Assembly: GCF_000025945.1 (NCBI RefSeq)
Contig: NC_006138.1
Span: 1,050,001-1,082,000, forward strand
Length of the DNA: 32,000 nucleotides
Origin: Desulfotalea psychrophila LSv54
Lineage (GTDB): Bacteria > Desulfobacterota > Desulfobulbia > Desulfobulbales > Desulfocapsaceae
Direction of reading: 5' to 3'
Positions within the stretch are counted from its first letter, which is position 1; every line of letters starts with the position of its first letter. The translations under genes and the position numbers were made by a program. The notes below the pieces were generated by a model. That model saw only the letters and a list, made by a program, of their open reading frames with translations. It did no database searches and was not told the origin of the DNA. This document shows positions 14,853 through 23,505 of this stretch, piece after piece.

Positions 14853-16001
14853 TTACCATACCTCCTGGCATATTGAGAAGAGATCTTCCCAAGAGACTGG
14901 GCGTGGGTTGGTAAGAATGCAGGCATCTTCTATTGCAACCTTACAGATTTTTTTCAGACGATCTTCTTCTGTATAGGTAATTATTTCTGAGAGTTTTGTG
15001 GCAACGGGCATTTTTGAAAAAAAATGTTCGAGCTCCATGATGCCGGCAAGGGCAGTGTCGTATTCTGTTGCCGCCTGTCTCACTGAAATAGTACGGGCAA
15101 TTTTGGCCAATTTCTTTGTGCTACATTTGAGGTGAAAGCGCATGACAGCGGGAAGAAGTATGGGGTGTATTGCCCCATGGGCAATATCGAAATAGCCGCC
15201 CAGAGTATGGGCAAGGGCATGTTCCGCGCCAAGGCTTGCATTGCTAAAGGCCATAGATGCAGAAACCGAAGCGATACTGAGTTGTTCCAGATCATCGAGT
15301 GAGCCGGTAATGATGGCTTTGGGTAGGTATTCGTAAATGAGAGCGATGGCCTGGAGTGAATGAGTTTCAGTAAAAGGGGATGCAATTTTAGAGAGATAGG
15401 CTTCAACTGCATGGGCAAAGGCATCAACTGCTGAGTGAATAATGAGTTGGGTGCTCTTGGTTGTCAGCAGGGAGGGATCTATAATAGCGAGGTTGGCCAC
15501 TATGGTACGGGTGATGATTGACATTTTCACCTTTCTGGCCATATCGGTGATGATGCAGAATTGAGAAATTTCAGAGCCACTTCCTGCCGTGGTGGTGATC
15601 AGAATCATTGGCGGCAGGGGAAGGTTGACCCGGTTAGCACCTTCATAATCTCGTATTCTGCCACCATTACTGGCGATGATGGCGATTCCTTTGGCCGTGT
15701 CGATGGCGCTCCCTCCTCCGAGAGCAATAATCACATCGGCACCTTCTTCCTGGTAAATCTTTGCCCCCTCTTCTACTTCGAAATCTCTTGGGTTGGGTGA
15801 AACATGTGAGTAATACACCGAATCAACGCCTTCTGCTTCGAGTATGCTGATCAGTTTGGCCACCCAGCCGGCCTTTTCAATGCCGGAGTCGCTGACAAGA
15901 AAGACCTTTTTTGCCCCGAGGCGTAGGGCACATTTGCCCGTATGTTTTAGGCTTCCCCGGCCAAAAATAATCTCTGGAATTGCAAACTTGGTAATGTACA
16001 T
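14853..16001 (-). CDS. divergent iron-containing alcohol dehydrogenase family protein, first gene of the kinase/regulator operon
   Basis: 382 aa from ATG 16001 (after GAGGAG; MYITKFAIPEIIFGRG). It has GGGSAIDTAKG and TTTAGSGSEISQF. The metal ligands are retained (SAVDAFAHAVEAY; EHALAHTLGGYFDIAHG). It is much more diverged than the three tandem copies are from each other. Confidence 0.88.
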   Translation of the reverse strand: MYITKFAIPEIIFGRGSLKHTGKCALRLGAKKVFLVSDSGIEKAGWVAKLISILEAEGVDSVYYSHVSPNPRDFEVEEGAKIYQEEGADVIIALGGGSAIDTAKGIAIIASNGGRIRDYEGANRVNLPLPPMILITTTAGSGSEISQFCIITDMARKVKMSIITRTIVANLAIIDPSLLTTKSTQLIIHSAVDAFAHAVEAYLSKIASPFTETHSLQAIALIYEYLPKAIITGSLDDLEQLSIASVSASMAFSNASLGAEHALAHTLGGYFDIAHGAIHPILLPAVMRFHLKCSTKKLAKIARTISVRQAATEYDTALAGIMELEHFFSKMPVATKLSEIITYTEEDRLKKICKVAIEDACILTNPRPVSWEDLFSICQEVW

Positions 16002-16512
16002 CAAACTTTCTCCTCTGTGTGCAAAAAAGAGCAATAACCTTTTTGTTCCCTGAACCAAAAAGTAACAGGAAAGATATAGCATAGTTCAGCCATGGGTGGC
16101 TCGGCTTTTATGAGGGCTCTTCGTATCTTTCAGGAATGAGGAGCTTTTTTTTTGTTTGGTGGATCAGCCGGGCAACGACTTTTTCTCAGGGATATTAACA
16201 GATAATATGTGATTCATCCTCTGATATTAAATTTTTTTGACTGATCGACTGGTAGAAGTGTTTTTTTTAGATGATATTTTGTCTTTATGGGTGATTAAGT
16301 TGTTTATGTTCGTCTGCCAATGTATTTTCTGTTTGATTCTTTTTTGCGAATAGTTATCTTGTTACTGTGGTAAGTAATAATAATTATAGATAGTTTTGTT
16401 GCTATAAAGGGTCATGGCTTTGCACGTCGCGAGCTATGATTTTTGTTTGAACATCTATTGTAAAAGAAAGGTCATGTATGGCTGTTAATCATGGAGAAAA
16501 GATCTTAGACGC

Positions 16513-17709
16513 ATGAAGAATTCAAAAGTACTGGGCAGTACCCTGATTATTGCAGGAACAAGTATCGGTGCGGGGATGTTAGCACTTCCCCTGGCTTCGG
16601 CAGGGCTTGGTTGTTTTACCTCTTTTATTATCTTATTGGTTATGTGGCTGCTTATGTCATATACGGCATTATTGATGTTAGAGGTGCATCAGCATGCCGC
16701 TAAGGACGCAACTCTTCACACTCTTGCCAGTCAATTTTTGGGCAGGCGGGGAGATATGGTGGCAACTGTTTCCATGCTTTTTTTGTTTTATGCCCTCTGT
16801 GCAGCCTATATTGCCGGCGGTGGGGCACAGTTTAACGTAAAATTAACTGATTGGTTTCATTTGGCTGTGCCACAGGAAGTGGGAACTATTCTCTTTACTG
16901 TCATTGTTGCAACTGTTGTTACCTTCGGTACCGGTTCTGTTGATATGGTTAACCGCCTACTCTTTTCGGCAAAGATTGTGGTGTTGGCGATTATGCTTTT
17001 CTTTCTTACCCCCAGTATAAATCCTGCTAATCTGGTGACCATGCCAATTCATCAGGGACTTATTCTCTCGGCATTGCCTGTTATATTTACCTCCTTTGGT
17101 TTTCATGGCAGTATTCCTGCCGTTGTTCGTTATCTTGATTTGGATATGAAGGCACTGCGCAGAGTACTTATTATCGGTTCAGCACTTCCTTTGCTGATCT
17201 ATATTCTCTGGCTTTTGACAACCCTTGGTGTCTTGAGCCAGGGAGTACTTTTGCAAAATCAAAACCTGGCCGCCTTTGTTAAGACCCTTTCGGGTTCAAT
17301 AGAGAGTAGCCAGATTGGCCGGGCTGTTTCCATTTTTGCTGATCTTGCCCTGGTAACATCTTTTCTTGGCGTAAGCCTAGGTCTCTTTGAATTTCTGGGT
17401 GATAGCCTGGGTAAGGGGAGGGGAGGTCTGTTTATTGCTTTGATTACCTTTTTGCCACCTCTGGGTTTTGCTCTTTTTTATCCACAGGGATTTATTACAG
17501 CCCTGGGTTATGCTGCTATCGCCCTTGCTGTTCTTGCTGTTTTACTTCCAGTTGCTATGGTAAAGGTGGCACGTAAGAGATACACTGGATCGGGCTTTTA
17601 TCGCGCACCCGGTGGTGGTGGCGCTTTGGTGCTGACTGGTCTACTGGGCCTTGTTATTATTGTCTCTCAAGTATTAATTAGTTTTGGCATAGTTCCCGCT
17701 ATTGGTTAA
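16513..17709 (+). CDS. aromatic amino acid permease of the HAAAP family (TyrP/Mtr/TnaB-like)
   Basis: 398 aa, about 11 TM segments. The N-terminus VLGSTLIIAGTSIGAGMLALPLASAG is characteristic of TyrP/Mtr/TnaB. Confidence 0.85.
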   Translation: MKNSKVLGSTLIIAGTSIGAGMLALPLASAGLGCFTSFIILLVMWLLMSYTALLMLEVHQHAAKDATLHTLASQFLGRRGDMVATVSMLFLFYALCAAYIAGGGAQFNVKLTDWFHLAVPQEVGTILFTVIVATVVTFGTGSVDMVNRLLFSAKIVVLAIMLFFLTPSINPANLVTMPIHQGLILSALPVIFTSFGFHGSIPAVVRYLDLDMKALRRVLIIGSALPLLIYILWLLTTLGVLSQGVLLQNQNLAAFVKTLSGSIESSQIGRAVSIFADLALVTSFLGVSLGLFEFLGDSLGKGRGGLFIALITFLPPLGFALFYPQGFITALGYAAIALAVLAVLLPVAMVKVARKRYTGSGFYRAPGGGGALVLTGLLGLVIIVSQVLISFGIVPAIG

Positions 17710-17869
17710 TTTATTCTTAATAAGAATTAACCGATGAGCTGTTGGGGTGGATTTCATGTCATGCCACTCTTTCCCTATGAAGATGGGACATAGGCATAAT
17801 AGAAAATGGAGTTGTATTTCTCTATGCATAAATACAACTATTTAAGGATATTATATCAAGGGGAAGAGG

Positions 17870-18280
17870 ATGGAACTTTCTGGGATCTTTGTGGCTGTCG
17901 GAGTGGTACTGCTTGTTGTTGTCTGTTGGTTTGGCTTTTATTATTTGGCCAATTCGCCCATGCTCAGCCCTGAGGCAACGGCCAAGGTTGTGGGGAATTG
18001 TGGCGATACCATGGAGATGAGCCTGCGCATCAGAGATGACCGGGTTGAAAAAACTCGTTATTCATCCGATGGTTGCTCCATTAGTCAGCAGTGTATTGAG
18101 GCAGCGGCGATGCTTGCTCAGGGGAAGACTATAGAAGAGGTGCGAAAAATTAACATGATGCATGTGATTGATATTGTAGGAGATCTACCCGATAGTCATC
18201 TGCACTGTGCTCAATTGGCTGAAACCACCCTGCAGCATGCCATAGGCGATTATGTGCAGAAGCAGAGAAGGATGTCCTGA
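17870..18280 (+). CDS. IscU/NifU-N-like Fe-S scaffold domain protein with an N-terminal transmembrane anchor
   Basis: Residues about 5-26 (GIFVAVGVVLLVVVCWFGFYYL) are hydrophobic. All three scaffold cysteines then appear in context: GNCGD, DGCSIS, HLHCAQLAETTL. The LPPVK co-chaperone motif is not seen. Confidence 0.75.
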   Translation: MELSGIFVAVGVVLLVVVCWFGFYYLANSPMLSPEATAKVVGNCGDTMEMSLRIRDDRVEKTRYSSDGCSISQQCIEAAAMLAQGKTIEEVRKINMMHVIDIVGDLPDSHLHCAQLAETTLQHAIGDYVQKQRRMS

Positions 18281-18317
18281 CACAACTGTTAAGGGTCTGG
18301 TTAGATCCTGTTGACTA

Positions 18318-18350
18318 AATGCCTCTCTTGATCAGATCAAGGGAGGCATT
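18318..18350. terminator. long hairpin between the convergent IscU-like gene and feoB
   Basis: AATGCCTCTCTTGATC (18318..18333) pairs with GATCAAGGGAGGCATT (18335..18350) with one mismatch. It lies in the 85-bp gap between the two stop codons. Confidence 0.6.
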
Positions 18351-18365
18351 GTGGTAAGAGGCCTT

Positions 18366-20507
18366 TTAATTACTGCTGGCAATGGGTGGGTTGAAAATTA
18401 TGTTTTTACTGCTTCTCTCCTGCTGGCCCAGGAGGTAGAGGCCACCATAGATAGAGCAGAGGACAAGAAGCGAGACCGCTATATATACGATACTATGGCC
18501 CTCGGTAATCTGATAGAAGAGGGTTGCCACCGACCATGCCAGCATGGTTGAATAGGTGGCCATAACTCCTGCATAAAATCCACCCATCTCCTGTTTGGCA
18601 GCACCTATAACGGCAAGACAGGGAAAATACATAAGGACAAAGAGTAGGTAGGCAAATGCAGAATAAACGGTAAAGCGGGCTGCTATGTTGTTGTAGACAC
18701 TCACATTAGCACCAATCTCCTCGGAGATGGTCTCGTTATCCTCTGAGATAAGACCAATACCCAGTATATCAAAGGAGCTGATAATTCCAGTAAAACCATC
18801 GCTGATGGAGGTGAATGCCTCGCCTACGGTTGCGCCTATCTGTAGACTTCCTTCGGTATCTTCGCTCATTGGATTGACAGCTTGAGTATTTGTCTCATCC
18901 ATGGTGGCGTAGAGGGAGTTGATGGTGCCGACAATGGCCTCCTTGGCAAAGAGACCGGTGAAGAGGGCCACCGATGCCGGCCAATTTTCTTTTGTGATTC
19001 CCATGGGAACGAAAATGGGTGAGATTGCTCTACCGCTGTGGGCCAGTACAGAGTGTTGTGAGTCTTCGTTACCAAAGGAGATCTGGCCATTTTTGATGCC
19101 GATGGAGTTGAGTATGCTGAGGAAAAAAACAGCCAGAACGACAATTTTGCCTGCCCTTCTGATAAAGTTCATCATTCTCAGCCAGGCACTCTTCAGCACA
19201 GACCCTGGGCGAGGGGTATGGTAGAGGGGAAGGTCTATAACAAAATGGGACGTTGCCCCCTTGAACAGGGTGTTTTTGAGAAAGTAGCCAGTGACCACAG
19301 CCATGATCAGTCCGGAAATATAGATCATAAATACGGCAAACCCTGAGTAGGCTCCGAAGAGAGCAGCACAGAAGAGGGCGTAGACAGGCAGACGGGCACC
19401 ACACGACATAAATGGGGCCATGAAGATTGTCATAAACCGATCTTTCTTATTGGTTAGGGTTCTCGTTGCCATAATAGCCGGTACGGTGCAACCAAAGCCC
19501 ACGACCATGGGAATAAAGGCGGAGCCTGGCAGTCCTATTTTTCTCATAAAACGATCTGCCATTACCCCGACCCGGGCCATATAGCCAAGGTCTTCCAGGA
19601 TGGCGAGGGCAAGGAACATAAAGAAGACAACGGGAATAAAGGTGGCGACGGTCTGAAAGCCAGCTCCAAGCCCTGTTGCCAGGATGACGGTGACCCACTC
19701 CGGACTACCAATTGCTGAGAGTAATTTATTGGGAATATCAATAAAGAGCAGTCCGCCTATGATATCAAAGAAATCAATGAATACGGACCCCAGCCCAATG
19801 GCAAACCAAAAGGTGATAAACATTGATATTAAAAATACAGGAACAGCCGCAAAGCGATTCATGACAATATTATCGACCCGGTTGGTGAGATTTTCATTTC
19901 GATCTTTTTTTTCTCTGACTATGCGACCATAAATTTTATCGATAAAGTTATATTTTTCAACTGTAGAGAAGATATCTTGCCGGGAGGCATGAGAATGATG
20001 GCTTGGTAATTCGTTTGCATATTTTTCAATTTGTTTCAGGGCATTTGCTACAGAGGTCTTATCAATACCTATGACAGGAATAACAGGAAGACCAATATCT
20101 TTACTCAGCTGGTCTATATCTATCTGTAGCCCTTCGCTTTCCGCCATATCAAGCATATTTAAGAGGATGATAATCTGGTTTGTTCTCTCCTTGAGATCCA
20201 TGGTAAGGTAGAGGTTGCGGGAAAGGTTTGTTGCATCCACCACATTGAGAATTATGTCATACTCTGCCTCACGAATTACCCGTTCAGCAACTTTTTGATC
20301 CTCCGAGTCTGGGGTTAAATTGTAGGTTCCTGGAAGATCAATTAACTCTATCGTGCTTCCCTGCAGGGGAAATGTGCCCTCTTTCTTTTCTACGGTCACG
20401 CCTGGCCAGTTGCCAACTTTTTGTCGAGAGCCGGTAAGGCGATTAAAGATGGTAGTTTTACCACAGTTGGGGACCCCGGCAATTGCAATTCGTTCAATCT
20501 TGTGCAT
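18366..20507 (-). CDS. feoB: ferrous iron transporter FeoB
   Basis: 713 aa. N-terminal G domain (GVPNCGKTTIFNRLTG, DLPGTY, NMLD) followed by a polytopic membrane domain. Confidence 0.95.
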   Translation of the reverse strand: MHKIERIAIAGVPNCGKTTIFNRLTGSRQKVGNWPGVTVEKKEGTFPLQGSTIELIDLPGTYNLTPDSEDQKVAERVIREAEYDIILNVVDATNLSRNLYLTMDLKERTNQIIILLNMLDMAESEGLQIDIDQLSKDIGLPVIPVIGIDKTSVANALKQIEKYANELPSHHSHASRQDIFSTVEKYNFIDKIYGRIVREKKDRNENLTNRVDNIVMNRFAAVPVFLISMFITFWFAIGLGSVFIDFFDIIGGLLFIDIPNKLLSAIGSPEWVTVILATGLGAGFQTVATFIPVVFFMFLALAILEDLGYMARVGVMADRFMRKIGLPGSAFIPMVVGFGCTVPAIMATRTLTNKKDRFMTIFMAPFMSCGARLPVYALFCAALFGAYSGFAVFMIYISGLIMAVVTGYFLKNTLFKGATSHFVIDLPLYHTPRPGSVLKSAWLRMMNFIRRAGKIVVLAVFFLSILNSIGIKNGQISFGNEDSQHSVLAHSGRAISPIFVPMGITKENWPASVALFTGLFAKEAIVGTINSLYATMDETNTQAVNPMSEDTEGSLQIGATVGEAFTSISDGFTGIISSFDILGIGLISEDNETISEEIGANVSVYNNIAARFTVYSAFAYLLFVLMYFPCLAVIGAAKQEMGGFYAGVMATYSTMLAWSVATLFYQITEGHSIVYIAVSLLVLCSIYGGLYLLGQQERSSKNIIFNPPIASSN

Positions 20508-20511
20508 CTTG

Positions 20512-20787
20512 TCACTCCGTTACTAAAATTTGTTGGGCCTCATTTTTCCTTAGAGCAACACGACTTCCACGTATTTGGATAACGATGGGATCTGAAATAT
20601 TGACTGAGGCAAGTTCTATTGGTGTGCCTTCAATAAAGCCCATTTTGTAGAGCTTGGCGGCGTAGTCTGATGTACTTTGGGCAAAGTCGGTTTCCTGGCA
20701 AGTGTAGTCTGATAGGCTTTGGTTAAAACCAGGCACCTTGTAGGTTTTTCCTCTTTTAATATTGGTCAGTTTTATACTAATAGGCAT
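20512..20787 (-). CDS. feoA: FeoA-family protein
   Basis: 91 aa with an FeoA SH3-like C-terminal part (LYKMGFIEGTPIEL...IVIQIRGSRVALRKNEAQQILV). It ends 4 nt before the feoB start. Confidence 0.85.
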   Translation of the reverse strand: MPISIKLTNIKRGKTYKVPGFNQSLSDYTCQETDFAQSTSDYAAKLYKMGFIEGTPIELASVNISDPIVIQIRGSRVALRKNEAQQILVTE

Positions 20788-21086
20788 GGCAGATCCTCTG
20801 GTTAAATTGTGAACTCAATGTTATGCCAATCGAGATGTTAGACTGGCCTTACAGCTGTGGAGCAGTATAGCGGGGATGAGATGCTTCGTCAACTTAAAAG
20901 TAAGGCCTGCCATAATAGTGCGGATAGTCTAAGTGTCTTGCTGCGAAATTAGGCTTGCTGGAATAAGAAAAAAGCGAATTGGCAGTGGATCTATCTGGTG
21001 GCGTAATGTGGATTTTGTAATGCTATGGGTGGGATAGGGGCGTCAGAGGAATGAGTGTATTTGTTGAGATAGTGTATTAAAATTAA

Positions 21087-21120
21087 AGGCCCTCCTTAGA
21101 AAAATTTCTGAGGAGGGCCT
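21087..21120 (-). terminator. rho-independent terminator after mini-gene b
   Basis: Perfect 10-bp stem AGGCCCTCCT (21087..21096) / AGGAGGGCCT (21111..21120). It is followed on the minus strand by TTAATTTTAAT and lies 49 nt after the stop at 21169. Confidence 0.6.
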
Positions 21121-21168
21121 TTTGTGCTCTATGGCATTGCCGATCAAGAGTGCTTCTGACTTCTCTTA

Positions 21169-21285
21169 TCACGAGCTCAGCACGGCTAATGCTTCTGGAC
21201 CTCCACATGTCGCACACCCAACCGTCCAACCTGTAAAGAGAACTTCAGATAAGGAGTTTGTATTTTTAGCGCTTAATTTTTTCAT
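21169..21285 (-). CDS. 38-codon mini-ORF b (hypothetical small protein; may instead mark an sRNA)
   Basis: Hand translation: MKKLSAKNTNSLSEVLFTGWTVGCATCGGPEALAVLSS. It has an ATG start, the same length as mini-ORF a and about 45% identity to it, plus its own terminator. The SD is weak (AAGAG). Confidence 0.35.
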   Translation of the reverse strand: MKKLSAKNTNSLSEVLFTGWTVGCATCGGPEALAVLSS

Positions 21286-21332
21286 AGTGCCGCTCTTTGA
21301 ACTGTCTAAATTTTATACCTATTTCAGGGAGA

Positions 21333-21362
21333 AAAATTGCCAAAACCAAACAGTCTGTTTGG
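21333..21362 (-). terminator. terminator after mini-gene a
   Basis: Palindrome CCAAACAG-T-CTGTTTGG (21346..21362). It is followed on the minus strand by TTTTGGCAATTTTT and lies 26 nt after the stop at 21388. Confidence 0.5.
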
Positions 21363-21387
21363 CTTTTTGCTGTCTCATCGTCTTTTT

Positions 21388-21504
21388 TTATGGGAAAAGA
21401 AGGGTGAGCCCCATGGGGGTTCCAAACATTACCAGGCCGGTGGCTAAACCAATAAAGAGAACACTGGACAGAGAGTATATTTTTTTAGCGATTAATGATT
21501 TCAT
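21388..21504 (-). CDS. 38-codon mini-ORF a (hypothetical small membrane protein; may instead mark an sRNA)
   Basis: Hand translation: MKSLIAKKIYSLSSVLFIGLATGLVMFGTPMGLTLLFP. It has a basic N-terminus followed by one hydrophobic helix. It is a paralog of mini-ORF b and has its own terminator. The SD is weak. Confidence 0.35.
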   Translation of the reverse strand: MKSLIAKKIYSLSSVLFIGLATGLVMFGTPMGLTLLFP

Positions 21505-22026
21505 GGCACTACCATTTTAACTTTTAAGTGTGTGACAGACAGGTTTTTGAACTGCTGTGTATAATAATTTCTGTGGAACGATTCCTGTATACATCTTTGT
21601 CTTTTGAAAAGAAATTTCGAAATACCATACTTGTTGTTCGGTTTTGCTAAACACTTCTTGTCCGGCCACTTTTTGCCGATTGGCAAGCGCCGATGGAGTG
21701 CTTTAATGTCTGCATATTCGGTGGGATAATTTTTTTATTGTCGGGCGCTATTCATAGCCCTGGGGTTTTCGTTGATTTATAAAAGGGCAATATTTTTTTG
21801 TTCAGCCCTTGCATTCGTGTTTTTCTTTTCTCATTACCCACAAAAAGTAGCTGACCAGCCCTTATTGCAATCAGGATCTGTCTACAGAGTGTTTAGGGTG
21901 GGTGGCGCCCTTTTTATTCTGCTGTGCCCTGCTCTTTTTTACAGGAAACTTATGGGGCTAGGGTGGAGATTGTTTAGCAATGAACTTGTTATGATTATAA
22001 AAAAAACAAAAAAAGGAATAAAAAAT

Positions 22027-22054
22027 TTGATTTGGATTTTCTTTTCAGTACAAT
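22027..22054 (+). promoter_or_regulatory. sigma-70-type promoter for the cold-shock gene
   Basis: TTGATT (22027..22032), a 16-bp spacer, then TACAAT (22049..22054). It is preceded by an A-rich UP-like tract. It would give a roughly 185-nt 5' UTR, as is typical for cspA-type genes. Confidence 0.4.
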
Positions 22055-22245
22055 AAATATTGTAGGGTCTGTTGGGGAAAAATAGGTTTTTCCTGATCTG
22101 GCTTTTTACGGTGGTAAGCCTTACTGCTTACTTTGTTTCGCACTTGGGGTACAGACGTTGTCAGATATGTGTAGATATAGAATCATCGCTATGACAAGTA
22201 CTACCTGGGGTTGGAACTATGAAACTTCATTAGAGGAGATTTGTC

Positions 22246-22446
22246 ATGGCTGAAGGAACAGTTAAATGGTTTAACGACGCGAAAGGTTTTGGTTTTATCG
22301 AGCAAGAAGGTGGCGATGATCTCTTCGTACACTACAGTAGCATCAGTGGAGAAGGTTTCAAAACCCTTCAAGAGGGTACCCGCGTGTCTTTCGATATCGA
22401 GCAAGGCCCTAAGGGCCCGGCAGCAGCCAACGTTGTTGTTCTTTAA
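22246..22446 (+). CDS. cspA: cold-shock protein, CspA family
   Basis: 66 aa: [20 protein letters not shown]...DLFVHYSSI, with RNP1 (KGFGFI) and RNP2 (VFVHY-like) motifs. SD GAGGAG. Confidence 0.95.
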   Translation: MAEGTVKWFNDAKGFGFIEQEGGDDLFVHYSSISGEGFKTLQEGTRVSFDIEQGPKGPAAANVVVL

Positions 22447-22473
22447 TAGATTGGTATTGCTTTACTTGATAAG

Positions 22474-22503
22474 AGCCTTCCCGGTAGTGTGGGAGGCTTT
22501 TTG
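22474..22503 (+). terminator. rho-independent terminator of cspA
   Basis: AGCCTTCCC (22474..22482) / GGGAGGCT (22491..22498) followed by TTTTT. Confidence 0.6.
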
Positions 22504-22680
22504 CCTCTGGTGTACCCGGCTGGTTCTTGTCTGCGTTCAGCTACGCGATCCATTGCTCGCCGACAAAGCCTACCTGTTTCAAGCCCATCCCATTCTGTTA
22601 GTCTAGCCCCTTACTCTTCTTTGCAACCTCTTGCAAAGGTTTGAAATTTCATCTTCTTATTCATTAATACAGCTAATCTC

Positions 22681-23505
22681 TTAGTTATACTCCAAGACCT
22701 TGGACACGCCAATTTCGCCAATATTGGAATAGTGGGAGAGGATGATCTTGTACTGCAGGGATGTGCAGTGGCAGGGATGCATCTGAGCAATTTTGGCCCG
22801 TTGAAAATAATCTCGTGTTCCCTGGTCCTGTCTTTCATCTGGCTGTAGGAGGTGAAAGCCACCAATGATATCCACTATTCTCTCCTCACCACAGATCTTT
22901 TTGCCATATTCAATAATATTACATATACCTGAATGGGAGCAGCCGGTAATAATAACCAGTCCATCCTTTGACTTATAGACGAGTGCTGAGTCATCCATAA
23001 GGTAGTCATCTGCTCTGTCATCCCCGTGTTTTCCCAGCGGACTTTTGTTTTCAAAATCATTATTTCTTTCAATTTCTCCCAGGAAGACCAGAGATGGAGT
23101 GATCCAAAAGGGGTTCTTCTGCAGGTTGAGCTGGCAGGCAGTTTTTACCGCAGCCATATCAATATCTGCTCCTATTGATTCACCTTCATACTCCTTATGT
23201 TCAAATACAGTTGGATGGGCAATGATTTTAGGTGAGAGGAAGCCTTGCTCTGGTTGGTCCAGGAGATGCTCCAGTAACGGCTGTAGGCCTCTTGTATGGT
23301 CGTTATGGCCGTGGGAGATAACAATATAGTTGATATCAAGGAGATCCTCTCCCATTTTTTGCCCATTTTGGATAAAGGCATCCGAGTAGCCAAGGTCAAA
23401 AAGTATTTTTACTCCTGACTCCTCAATGAGATAGGAAACCGCTGGCTCTGCTAAAAAGTATTTATCAATAAGTGTATTGTTATCCATGAGTACGGTGATT
23501 TTCAA
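22681..23505 (-). CDS. metallo-beta-lactamase-fold hydrolase (COG1237-like)
   Basis: 274 aa with the HxHxDH motif (VISHGHNDHTRG). The N-terminal MKITVLMDNNT and later GCSHSG are typical of this MBL subgroup. Confidence 0.85.
   Translation of the reverse strand: MKITVLMDNNTLIDKYFLAEPAVSYLIEESGVKILFDLGYSDAFIQNGQKMGEDLLDINYIVISHGHNDHTRGLQPLLEHLLDQPEQGFLSPKIIAHPTVFEHKEYEGESIGADIDMAAVKTACQLNLQKNPFWITPSLVFLGEIERNNDFENKSPLGKHGDDRADDYLMDDSALVYKSKDGLVIITGCSHSGICNIIEYGKKICGEERIVDIIGGFHLLQPDERQDQGTRDYFQRAKIAQMHPCHCTSLQYKIILSHYSNIGEIGVSKVLEYN

Noticed and set aside
16477-16515. Short upstream ORFs (MYGC-stop; MAVNHGEKILDA with TGA overlapping the permease ATG) as a possible leader peptide for the aromatic amino acid permease
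   Set aside because: There is no run of aromatic codons, no terminator or antiterminator structure, and no SD. This is most likely coincidence.
21122-21520. 132-aa plus-strand ORF with an internal repeat
   Set aside because: It has a TTG start immediately after a strong hairpin and contains a second terminator-like palindrome (21346..21362). It has no SD. Its internal repeat is explained by the duplicated minus-strand mini-units. Its apparent conservation is uninformative because both frames share wobble positions.
21772-22056. 94-aa plus-strand ORF (TTG start) upstream of cspA
   Set aside because: It has an alternative start and no SD. It runs through the predicted csp promoter and A-rich UP tract and has no recognisable domain. 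Support is too weak.
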